Shown piece after piece: positions 40,781-48,860 of a stretch of 59,472 bases of DNA. The notes below the pieces were generated by a model. That model had not been told where the DNA came from. It was given only the letters and a program-made list of their open reading frames with translations, and did not search any database. This DNA is from Lachnospiraceae bacterium (GTDB lineage: Bacteria; Bacillota; Clostridia; Lachnospirales; Lachnospiraceae), in contig JAILNN010000174.1 of NCBI GenBank assembly GCA_024691565.1, positions 1-59,472 on the forward strand, written 5' to 3'. Numbering within the stretch: the stretch's first letter is position 1; the number at the start of each line of letters is the position of its first letter. The translations under genes were made by a program, and so were the position numbers.

Positions 40781-41281
40781 ATGCTTAATATTGTTTTACT
40801 TGAACCAGAGATGCCTGCAAATACTGGAAATATCGGTAGGACATGCACTGCAACTGGAACAAAGCTTCATTTGATTGAGCCTATGGGATTTAAGCTTAAT
40901 GATAAGATGATTAAGAGGGCTGGCCTTGACTACTGGGAACACTTAGATTACCAGGTGTATGATTGTTTGCAGGATTTTTTGGATGCTAATCCGGATGCAC
41001 TTCAAAATATGTTTTATGCGACGACAAAGGGGAAGAATAAGTATTCTGATGTGCATATTAAAGATGGTTCATATATTATGTTTGGGAAGGAAAGTGCGGG
41101 TATTCCGGAAGAGATTTTAGTTAAGCATCCTGGAACTGCAATTAGAATTCCTATGAATGAAAAGATTAGATCCCTTAATTTGTCGAATTCTGTTTCTATT
41201 GTGCTTTATGAAGCATTGAGACAAAATGATTTTTTTGATATGCAGACAGAAGGAGAGTTGCATAGATTACATTGGGATTAA
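40781..41281 (+). CDS. trmL: tRNA (cytidine/uridine-34 2'-O)-methyltransferase (SpoU/TrmL)
   Basis: IVLLEPEMPANTGNIGRTC...LHLIEPMGF...RAGLDYW and a C-terminal SPOUT knot (IPM...RSLNLSNSV). Confidence 0.85.
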   Translation: MLNIVLLEPEMPANTGNIGRTCTATGTKLHLIEPMGFKLNDKMIKRAGLDYWEHLDYQVYDCLQDFLDANPDALQNMFYATTKGKNKYSDVHIKDGSYIMFGKESAGIPEEILVKHPGTAIRIPMNEKIRSLNLSNSVSIVLYEALRQNDFFDMQTEGELHRLHWD

Positions 41282-41317
41282 GTTTTTAATGTATTTATAT
41301 TTGGATTTTTAATGTGG

Positions 41318-41354
41318 AAAAAAAAGCTGTAAACTCGTAAAAGTTTACAGCTTT
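41318..41354 (-). terminator. Rho-independent terminator for pfkA (also closes trmL, bidirectional hairpin)
   Basis: 13-bp stem AAGCTGTAAACT/AGTTTACAGCTT. On the minus strand it is followed by T8. Confidence 0.8.
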
Positions 41355-41400
41355 AGTTATATTATTTTAGTTATTATATTCTTATGGTTATTAGATTTTT

Positions 41401-42393
41401 TTAGCTATCAAGTGAAGGTCTGTTTGCAAGTGTTTCAGCAACAGTATATTCATATTCATCGATTGATTTTGTCATTGCAAAGGCTTCCATGATATCTACA
41501 TCGTAAACCTTGCCATTCTTATAACCTACAAGACGGCTCTTCTTACCCTGGTCGATAATATCAACTGCATAAGCACCCATAATAGAAGCGTAGTAACGGT
41601 CTCTTGCAGTTGGAGTACCACCTCTTTGAACATGACCAAGAACTGTTGCTCGAGTTTCGATTCCTGTTGCAGCCTCAATTCTTTCTGCGAGTTCATATGA
41701 ATGACCAACACCTTCAGCGTTTACGATTATCTGATGAGTCATTCCTGCTTCTTTGTTACGCTTAATCTGAGCGAAGAGTCTTTCGTAATCATAATCAAAT
41801 TTCTCAGGAAGTAAGATTTCTTCAGCTCCGTTAGCAATTCCGCACCAAAGTGCGATATAACCTGCTGAACGTCCCATTACTTCGACTACGCTACATCTGT
41901 CATGTGAATTTGAAGTTTCACGAAGTTTATCAATTGCTTCCATTGCTGTGTTAACAGCGGTATCAAAACCGATGGTGTATTCTGTATAAGCAATGTCTAA
42001 ATCTATTGTTCCAGGAAGACCGATGATGTTTACACCAAATTTTGAAAGATTCTTTGCACCTGTGAAAGAACCATCTCCACCAATAACAACTAAATGCTCG
42101 ATTCCGAGTTCGTGACAAATCTCAGCAGCTTTCATTTTTCCTTCCATAGGTCTGAATTCAGAACTTCTTGCTGTGAAGAGGAAGGTTCCACCATGCTGAA
42201 TCTTTTCAGAAACATCCTTGAAGTCGAGTTTTTTAATTTCGCGGTTCAAAATTCCATTATATCCATGTACAACGCCATAAACTTCATAGTTTTTTGCAAT
42301 ACCGGCTCTTACAACTGCTCGGATAGCAGCATTCATTCCAGGTGCATCCCCACCACTTGTAAGTATTGCTATGCGTCCTTTTGTATTACTCAT
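41401..42393 (-). CDS. pfkA: ATP-dependent 6-phosphofructokinase
   Basis: RIAILTSGGDAPGMNAAIRAVVR, VIGGDGS, GLPGTIDLD, MGR motifs. The ATG at 42393 follows GGAGG; the track start at 42441 is upstream of the RBS. Confidence 0.92.
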   Translation of the reverse strand: MSNTKGRIAILTSGGDAPGMNAAIRAVVRAGIAKNYEVYGVVHGYNGILNREIKKLDFKDVSEKIQHGGTFLFTARSSEFRPMEGKMKAAEICHELGIEHLVVIGGDGSFTGAKNLSKFGVNIIGLPGTIDLDIAYTEYTIGFDTAVNTAMEAIDKLRETSNSHDRCSVVEVMGRSAGYIALWCGIANGAEEILLPEKFDYDYERLFAQIKRNKEAGMTHQIIVNAEGVGHSYELAERIEAATGIETRATVLGHVQRGGTPTARDRYYASIMGAYAVDIIDQGKKSRLVGYKNGKVYDVDIMEAFAMTKSIDEYEYTVAETLANRPSLDS

Positions 42394-42687
42394 TTTAAAA
42401 GTCCTCCGTTTACGTTTTATTATAGTTATGTAAAAAACCATAACTTAAACTATTTTATATGTATTTACCTTGATTTTCAATAGCAAAAAGCGAATTTTAT
42501 AAATTTTTATGATTTAATACTAGGTCGATTTTTATTTAGCTCGGAATTCAATTATAAATTTATAGTTGATTTTGTAAACTTTTTGTTAAAATTGCTGATT
42601 TTTAAAAAAAATAGTGTTATTTTTTTGTGAACTATGATATACTATCCACATTGAAAAATAGAGAAATAATGAGATTTCATGTGTAAA

Positions 42688-42734
42688 TTACTAGTTCGTG
42701 GATTGCGGTAGTTTACTAGTTTGTGGATTATGGT
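42688..42734 (+). promoter_or_regulatory. Two 22-bp direct repeats (TTACTAGTTYGTGGATTRYGGT, 25-bp period) upstream of the PadR-fusion gene
   Basis: 42688-42709 and 42713-42734 match at 19 of 22 positions. They lie between a TGaTATACT extended -10-like element (about 42640) and the RBS. Confidence 0.5.
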
Positions 42735-42781
42735 GATTAATTAAGTGGTTTAAATTTGTAAGAAAAGGGGATGAAAATGTT

Positions 42782-45532
42782 ATGATGAACTCTGGCGATA
42801 TGGTGCTTGATGCAGTTATTCTTTCAATTGTAGCCAGGAATCCAGAGGGAACTTACGGATATAAGATTACAAAAGATGTCCGTTCAAAGATGCCGGATGT
42901 TCCCGAATCAACTTTCTATCCATTGTTACAGCAGATGCAGAATGATGGTTTACTGGAAGTGTATCATAAGGATTTAGGGGGAAGAAGCCGAAGATTTTAT
43001 AAGATTACTGACTCAGGACTTGAGAAGTTGGCTTCTTATCAAGAAAATATAATGGATTATGTAAAACAGGCTAATAGCATAATTTCTGAAGGTGTAAATG
43101 AGGGAGATGCTTCAGGTGGTGATGCTAAGCCTGCATCGGAGGGTGTAGTGGAAGAAGAGAATGTAATGACAGGAGCCATTGATCCTTTTGCAGTTTCTGG
43201 GGATGCTGCTGAAGGTGATGGTGCAGGGGAAGGCTTGTTTAACGTTCCTGGTTTTGAAGATACTGAGACTCAGGAGTATGGGTTAGGTTTGGATATGAGT
43301 GATTATAATCAGATCACTACCATGGAAGAGAAACTTTTTAATAGTCAGGCTGAACTTGAACCAAACATTAATGAAGTAAACAAAGAAGACGATAAGAGTA
43401 AGGCAGAAGAAAATGGAAATATGGCTGATTTTATGGCTGAGATGAAACTCGGTGCTGTAGAAGAGGCTGATGAGAATACTGGAGAAAAGAATAAAACTAA
43501 GGCTAAGGAAGCTAAAGCCGATGATGGCGATATGGGTGAGCTTAATAGCTATCTTGATATTCTTTTAGAGCAGAATAAGACAATTAGACAGTTTAAGAAG
43601 AGAAAGAAGAAGGTTGTTTCTCAGGATGTCCTTGAGGTTACAGAATCTAAGGATGTCGAACTAAATGATGCGTTTGATGATCTTGAGGTTATCTATTCTG
43701 AAGAAGATGAACTTAAGGCTAAGAAAGCTAAAGAAGAAGCTGAAAAAGCTGCGAAAGAAGCAGAAGAGGCTAAAGCTAGAGAGGCAGAGGAAGCTGCTAA
43801 GGCTGCAAAAGTTGAGAGTGTTGAAGCTGTTGAAAAGGTTGAGAAGGTTGAGAAGGTCGAAAATGCTGAACCTAAGAAGAAGGCTGCTGCAAGTACTGCG
43901 GCTAAGCCTGCTGCGGAGAGCAGACCAATTCCTCCGAGTCCTGGAGCTCAGAGAGTAGCAGCTACATCATCAAATACTAATAAGAGAGATGGATTTAGAA
44001 GTGGTGAGACATCAGGAAATGTTGATACTCTTGCCGATCTTTTGAAAGATACAAGTACAAATAAAAAGAGAGGTTTCTTCCAGAGGAGAGGAAAGAAGAA
44101 GGATGAGCCTGTTAAAGATGAACCAAAGGCTGAGCAGCCAGCACCAGCTCCTGCACCAGCACCACAACCTAGTAGTCCGGTTCTAGACTCAAATAATACT
44201 AATGGTCATAGAATTAAGGTTGTTAATGATCCAATGGCTCCTAAGACAACTCCTAGTGATGAACCAAGCAACAAGAGGCCAATTAATCATAGATATACAG
44301 ATTCTAGAGTATCTAGTGGTGAGGCTTCAGTTGATACGCTTGCTGATTTGCTTAAGGAAGAAACAAGTACAAGAAAGAGAAGAGGATTCTTTGGAACACA
44401 GAGAAAGAAACCTGCTCCTTTAGAGAATGCAGAGAAGAAAGAGGATAACCTAAGTAGTAGAACTGTTGAGAGTAGTCCTCAGCCTGTGGTATCAAAGAAT
44501 GTTCCACCTAGGGTTGAACCTGAGAAACCAAAGCAGAGTAAGGTTGTTTCTAATGATGCGATTATCAAACCAGATGCAACACCTGTTAAGAAAACGGTTC
44601 AGCCACCTAAGGATACACAGGAAATTAAGCCTGATGATGGTTTCACAATCAATACTGAAAATGCAAGTCTTTCAGATAATACAATGGGTGATGGATTCAG
44701 TATTGGTGGAGCTGATGCTCAGGGTGATGGTCTTTCAATCGGTGGTGATGGATTTAGCGGACCAATGGAAGATGATCCATTTGCAATTAATAGTGCTGAT
44801 GGACTTGGAATTGGCGAGTTAGATGATTCCGGAGCTGGAATGTTTGATATGGCCGCAGATTCTGGATTAGGAATTCAGGAAGAGGTTGCACCTCCTGCAC
44901 CAGCGCCATCTACACCTCCTAAGCCAGCTAACAAACCTAAGACAACAAGTAGTGTTAAGAATGACCTTAATGGTGTTCTTAAGGATAGTACTACTTCAAG
45001 AAATAGAAGATCTTCAGTTGCTGTTCAACAGGCTCAAGAAAGAGATGAAGCTCTTGATAATCTTGCTGAATTGCTTAAATCTGATAATAGTACAAGTAGA
45101 AAGAGATTTGGATTCGGTAGAGGTGGAGAAAGCCAGAAAGAAAACTCCAATACAAAGAGCAGTGGTCCTATTATAAGAGAAAAGACTGAGGCAGAGAGAA
45201 AGGCAGAAGCTGAGGCTGCAGCTAAGAGAAAGGCTGAAGAGGAAGCAAGAGCTAAGAAGGCTGCTGAGGAAGCTAAGAAGAGAGAAGAAGAAGCTAAGAA
45301 GAAGGCTGAAGAAGAAAGAAAGAAGGCTGAGGAAGCTAAGAAGAAAGCTGAGGAAGCTAAGAAGAAGGCTGAAGAAGAGAAGAGAAGGAAAGAAGAAGAG
45401 ACAAAACGTCAGGCTGATGAAGTCAGAAGAAAACGTGAGGAAGAGAAGAAGAAACAGCAACAAGATTCTCTTGCTGCTTTCAAAGCAAGACTTCAGCAAG
45501 AACATCTCATTAAAGATGGAGATGATAAATAG
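42782..45532 (+). CDS. PadR-family wHTH domain fused to about 800 aa of low-complexity/disordered sequence and an ER/K-rich helix
   Basis: N-terminal 85 aa: LDAVILSIV...GTYGYKITKDV...STFYPLLQQMQNDGLLEVY...RFYKITDSGLEKL (PadR). The remainder is E/K/A/P/S/G-rich with internal repeats and has no TM. Confidence 0.8.
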   Translation: MMNSGDMVLDAVILSIVARNPEGTYGYKITKDVRSKMPDVPESTFYPLLQQMQNDGLLEVYHKDLGGRSRRFYKITDSGLEKLASYQENIMDYVKQANSIISEGVNEGDASGGDAKPASEGVVEEENVMTGAIDPFAVSGDAAEGDGAGEGLFNVPGFEDTETQEYGLGLDMSDYNQITTMEEKLFNSQAELEPNINEVNKEDDKSKAEENGNMADFMAEMKLGAVEEADENTGEKNKTKAKEAKADDGDMGELNSYLDILLEQNKTIRQFKKRKKKVVSQDVLEVTESKDVELNDAFDDLEVIYSEEDELKAKKAKEEAEKAAKEAEEAKAREAEEAAKAAKVESVEAVEKVEKVEKVENAEPKKKAAASTAAKPAAESRPIPPSPGAQRVAATSSNTNKRDGFRSGETSGNVDTLADLLKDTSTNKKRGFFQRRGKKKDEPVKDEPKAEQPAPAPAPAPQPSSPVLDSNNTNGHRIKVVNDPMAPKTTPSDEPSNKRPINHRYTDSRVSSGEASVDTLADLLKEETSTRKRRGFFGTQRKKPAPLENAEKKEDNLSSRTVESSPQPVVSKNVPPRVEPEKPKQSKVVSNDAIIKPDATPVKKTVQPPKDTQEIKPDDGFTINTENASLSDNTMGDGFSIGGADAQGDGLSIGGDGFSGPMEDDPFAINSADGLGIGELDDSGAGMFDMAADSGLGIQEEVAPPAPAPSTPPKPANKPKTTSSVKNDLNGVLKDSTTSRNRRSSVAVQQAQERDEALDNLAELLKSDNSTSRKRFGFGRGGESQKENSNTKSSGPIIREKTEAERKAEAEAAAKRKAEEEARAKKAAEEAKKREEEAKKKAEEERKKAEEAKKKAEEAKKKAEEEKRRKEEETKRQADEVRRKREEEKKKQQQDSLAAFKARLQQEHLIKDGDDK

Positions 45533-45560
45533 ATTTGATTTTTAGTGCGTAGATTAATTG

Positions 45561-45612
45561 AACAACCGATGCAGATATTATTTTATAATATATTTCTGCA
45601 TTGGTTGTTTTT
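45561..45612 (+). terminator. Hairpin/terminator between the PadR-fusion gene and the DUF1700 gene
   Basis: 15-bp stem AACAACCGATGCAGA/TCTGCATTGGTTGTT (one G-U) with a 19-nt loop. The trailing T-tract is short (TTTTT, partly within the stem). Confidence 0.5.
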
Positions 45613-45676
45613 CCGTAATAGAAATTATAATAACTAATATGATATCAGTATGACTGATAGGATAGGATGGTAAAAA

Positions 45677-46888
45677 ATGACCAAGTTTGAATTTTTAGGT
45701 GATTTAAGTCGATTGATTGCAGATCTTCCTGAGGAAGATCGTGAGCAAGCGATGGAGTACTATGAGGATTATTTTGCTGATGCTGGTCCTGAGAAGGAGC
45801 AGGAGATTATTCATGATTTCGTATCTCCTGAATATGTAGCAGCTCAGATTAGAGAATCTTCGTTGAAAAAGCAGTCTGGAAAGGCATCTAAGAATATTGA
45901 TGTTGGATTACTTTCAGCACTTGCTAATGATGCTCAGCAACAGGGTGTTGATGCATCAGTTTTTGAAACTACGAATACAGGTAATGCTGAGGCAAAACCG
46001 ACTACAAGAGCTCAGGCTCAGGCTCAGGCACAGGCGCAGGGACAGGCGCCTCAAATGAAGGCTCAGTCTCAGGCACAGGCACAGGCACTTCAGCAGATGA
46101 AGCAGACTGGCTCAATTCCGAGAGTTGCTCCTGGGGCTACACAAGCGCAAGCGCAAGCAGCACAGGCACAGGCACAGGCGGCAGCAAGAGCCCAGGCACA
46201 AGCACAGGCGGCAGCAAGAGCTCAGGCCCAGCCAGGACAGGCTGCTCAGGTTAATAATCTTAGAAGAGCTAATCAGTCAGGTGGAATTACAATTGATGAT
46301 TCTGAACTTGGCGATATGGTAAATTTGGATGGAAAGATCGTTAATCCATGGGAAGCTAAGGGTGATACAGAAAAGAAAGATAGTAAGCAGGTTGAACAGG
46401 AAAAGGCTAGAGAAGAGCTTAGAAAAGAGACTAGAGACAGCGAATTCTTGAGAGCTAATAAATCTGGTGGAATCCAGGATCTTTATGAAGAGGCTTCTGA
46501 AAGCTTTGAAATTGATCCTAAGAAGAAGACTATGTTAAATATTCTTCTTGTTGTTACATGCCCTATTACAATTCTTGCTATACTTCTTATTGTTGCTGCA
46601 TTTATAGGTTCAATTGCTTTGACAATTTTAAGTGCTGGTGGAGTTGTAGCTTCATTTGGCGGAACATTGGCATCCTTATATGTTGTACTTATTAGTTTAT
46701 CAATTTCGAAGTTACCTTCGGCATTGTTCTTCCTTGGAATAGCATTTTTACTTTTGGCAATCGGAATTTCACTCATTTTCTTCGTTATCTTTATGGTTAA
46801 GGTTGGAATTTCGGGATTCTATTTCTCGATTCTATCTTGGTTTAGTAAGGCGAAGCTTGCAATGAGAAACTTCACGATTAAGAAATAG
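45677..46888 (+). CDS. DUF1700-family membrane protein with an inserted (QA)n low-complexity region
   Basis: The N-terminus FEFLGDLSRLIADLPEEDREQAMEYYEDYFADAG is typical of DUF1700. The C-terminus has 3-4 TM helices. The middle carries AQAQAQAQ tracts. Confidence 0.75.
   Translation: MTKFEFLGDLSRLIADLPEEDREQAMEYYEDYFADAGPEKEQEIIHDFVSPEYVAAQIRESSLKKQSGKASKNIDVGLLSALANDAQQQGVDASVFETTNTGNAEAKPTTRAQAQAQAQAQGQAPQMKAQSQAQAQALQQMKQTGSIPRVAPGATQAQAQAAQAQAQAAARAQAQAQAAARAQAQPGQAAQVNNLRRANQSGGITIDDSELGDMVNLDGKIVNPWEAKGDTEKKDSKQVEQEKAREELRKETRDSEFLRANKSGGIQDLYEEASESFEIDPKKKTMLNILLVVTCPITILAILLIVAAFIGSIALTILSAGGVVASFGGTLASLYVVLISLSISKLPSALFFLGIAFLLLAIGISLIFFVIFMVKVGISGFYFSILSWFSKAKLAMRNFTIKK
46008..46245 (+). 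repeat. Hexanucleotide GCNCAG (Ala-Gln) microsatellite-like tracts
   Basis: gctcaggctcaggctcaggcacaggcgcag..., and a near-duplicate of cacaggcggcagcaagagc. Confidence 0.85.
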
Positions 46889-46900
46889 GAGGGTGATAAT

Positions 46901-47809
46901 ATGTCGAATAAATGGCCAAAATTACTAGTTCTTGCTTTGCTTGGAGTAGTATTGATAATTATCGGAACATTGATGAATGGTGGTGTTTCTGATTTAAAGA
47001 ATGAATTTGTATTAGCTGAAGTTGGAGCTGGTCTTGAAAGCTTTGAAGATGCAGATTTATCTAATATTAAGAATGTTGAGATTAATATTAAGAATTCAAG
47101 TGTTACTATTAATTCAAATAATGTTGCAGTTTATGAAACTTCTTCTTCAGGTATCTGTGATAGGCTTGTAAGAAATGGTGATACAATTGTTCTTGGATAT
47201 TGTGATGAAACAAAATATACACTTAGTTCACCTGTAAAGGATATTACTCTTACATCTGAACAGATTAGTGGTGGTGGAGCAGTTGTTTTGAAGATTCCTG
47301 ATGGTACTGAGTTAGAAAACGTTACAATTAATGCAACAAATAGTGATATTAAGATTGATACGATTAATGCTACTAATGTTACTATCCATAATACTCGTGG
47401 AGAAGTTGAAATTGAAAGCCTCACAGCTGCTAAGCTTGATATTAATAATGGAAATGGCGATGTAGAGGTTGGTAAGATTAATTGTGAAACATCATGTTCT
47501 GTAGTTACAAAGAATGGTGATGTTGAATTAGGTGAAGAGAACGATGAGATTAATGTGCTTTATGGTTTAACTGTTGAGACTGTAAAGGGTGATATTGATG
47601 TTTTGGGACAGACTCTTGGAACAGCAAATATTACAACTAAGAAGGGTGAAATCAATTTAACTCTTAATGGAACTCAGTCTTCATATACTCTTTATCCTAA
47701 CTGTGAGATTAATTATGGTTCTACATCTGGAACAAGTTCTGGTACAGAAAATAATGGAGTTGTAAATATTATAGGTAAAAAGGGTAAGGTAAATGTAAGC
47801 TTTAAATAG
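46901..47809 (+). CDS. DUF4097-family (putative adhesin, beta-strand repeat) protein with an N-terminal TM
   Basis: N-terminal anchor, then repeated G(D/E)(V/I)(E/D/N)(V/I/L) strand motifs (NGDVEVG, NGDVELG, KGDIDVL, KGEINLT, KGKVNVS). It is the third member of the conserved PadR/DUF1700/DUF4097 arrangement. Confidence 0.7.
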   Translation: MSNKWPKLLVLALLGVVLIIIGTLMNGGVSDLKNEFVLAEVGAGLESFEDADLSNIKNVEINIKNSSVTINSNNVAVYETSSSGICDRLVRNGDTIVLGYCDETKYTLSSPVKDITLTSEQISGGGAVVLKIPDGTELENVTINATNSDIKIDTINATNVTIHNTRGEVEIESLTAAKLDINNGNGDVEVGKINCETSCSVVTKNGDVELGEENDEINVLYGLTVETVKGDIDVLGQTLGTANITTKKGEINLTLNGTQSSYTLYPNCEINYGSTSGTSSGTENNGVVNIIGKKGKVNVSFK

Positions 47810-47936
47810 AGCTTTGCGAGTGCAATTAATGAATTTTGATGTGCGTTTGCGTATGTAATGGTCGTATTTGCGCGGTTTGTGAAGAGATGATACATTTTAT
47901 GAAAAATTTATTTAATTATTTTATTATATTTTTCAT

Positions 47937-47971
47937 TTCGACACAAATTCGACACATATTTTAATTATACT
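47937..47971 (+). promoter_or_regulatory. Pho-box-like activator site: TTCGACACA x2 at 11-bp period, 9 nt upstream of a TATACT -10
   Basis: Identical 9-mers at 47937-47945 and 47948-47956. TATACT at 47966-47971. There is no good -35. Confidence 0.5.
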
Positions 47972-47974
47972 CGA

Positions 47975-48067
47975 AGTCAGAAAGTTGAAAAATACTTTCT
48001 ACTCCCACCCTATTATACGCTGGAGACGATGTCTCCAAAAAAGGCACCCGAAAGGGTGCTTTTTTTT
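47975..48067 (+). ncRNA. Candidate small RNA or attenuating leader of about 90 nt (unclassified)
   Basis: Predicted from the promoter above and the terminator below. Hairpin AGAAAGT/ACTTTCT (47979-48000), single-stranded CUCCCACCCU, hairpin GGAGAC/GTCTCC (48022-48036), then the terminator. Confidence 0.4.
48043..48067 (+). terminator. Rho-independent terminator (GGCACCC-GAAA-GGGTGC + T8), flanked by an A-run so potentially bidirectional
   Basis: GC-rich stem with a GAAA tetraloop followed by T8. It lies 230 nt after the DUF4097 stop and 118 nt before the response-regulator ATG. Confidence 0.85.
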
Positions 48068-48184
48068 ATAAACTTGGTGGTGTGTCAAATTAGATATTTT
48101 CACAAATATATCATATTTTTTAGGTATAATAATTTTGATTTTTATGTAAATAGGACATGATTATTTTGTTTCAGGGGGTTTTAT

Positions 48185-48859
48185 ATGGATAAATTAAAAA
48201 TATTAGTTGTTGATGATGAACAGAGGATGAGAAAACTTGTCAGTGACTTTTTGGTTAAAGCTAATTTTAGTGTTATTGAAGCTGGGGATGGAGAAGAAGC
48301 TATTGATAAGTTTTATGATGATAAAACAATCTCACTCGTTATTCTTGATGTTATGATGCCTAAGATGGATGGCTGGGAAGTTACTCGCGAGATTAGGAAG
48401 TTTTCTAAGGTTCCAATTATTATGCTTACTGCTAAGTCTGATGAGAAGGATGAGCTTCTAGGTTTTGAACTTGGTGTTGATGAATATGTTTCTAAGCCTT
48501 TTAGTCCTAAGGTTCTTGTTGCGAGAGTTGAGGCAGTTCTTAGAAGATCAAATGCCCTTGAAGATGGTGTTGTTGAATATGGTGGAATTACCCTTAATCA
48601 GGCGGCTCATGAGGTTAAAGTTGATGGCAAGGCAATTGATTTGAGTTTTAAAGAGTTTGAATTATTATCGTATTTTGTTAATAATCAGGGAATTGCTCTT
48701 TCTAGAGAAAGAATTCTTAATAATGTTTGGAATTATGATTATTTTGGCGATGCAAGAACTATTGATACTCATGTTAAAAAGCTTCGTAGTAAGATGGGCG
48801 ATAAAGGTAAGTATATCAAGACAATTTGGGGCATGGGTTATAAATTTGAGGTAGAATAA
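48185..48859 (+). CDS. OmpR/PhoB-family response regulator
   Basis: Receiver domain (ILVVDDE, LVILDVMMPKMDG, MLTAK) and a winged-helix output domain (LSFKEFELL..., RTIDTHVKKLRSK, GMGYKF). Confidence 0.9.
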   Translation: MDKLKILVVDDEQRMRKLVSDFLVKANFSVIEAGDGEEAIDKFYDDKTISLVILDVMMPKMDGWEVTREIRKFSKVPIIMLTAKSDEKDELLGFELGVDEYVSKPFSPKVLVARVEAVLRRSNALEDGVVEYGGITLNQAAHEVKVDGKAIDLSFKEFELLSYFVNNQGIALSRERILNNVWNYDYFGDARTIDTHVKKLRSKMGDKGKYIKTIWGMGYKFEVE

Positions 48860-48860
48860 A

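Noticed and set aside
42688-42734. Possible CRISPR-like or other repeat array
   Set aside because: There are only two units with a 25-bp period and no spacer structure. No CRISPR array or cas gene occurs anywhere in the window. The pair is treated as a candidate operator instead.
42771-42785. Four-codon uORF (ATG AAA ATG TTA TGA) whose stop overlaps the PadR-fusion ATG
   Set aside because: The only SD-like sequence (AAGGGGA) abuts this ATG with no spacing and is better placed for the main ATG at 42782. The uORF is most likely coincidental.
45014-45505. 163-aa minus-strand ORF, with + strand alternate-frame ORFs at 43665-43958, 44202-44822 and 44886-45176
   Set aside because: These are mirror or shifted frames of the GAA/AAG/GCT low-complexity repeats of the PadR-fusion tail. 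Repetitive purine-rich DNA keeps several frames open by chance.
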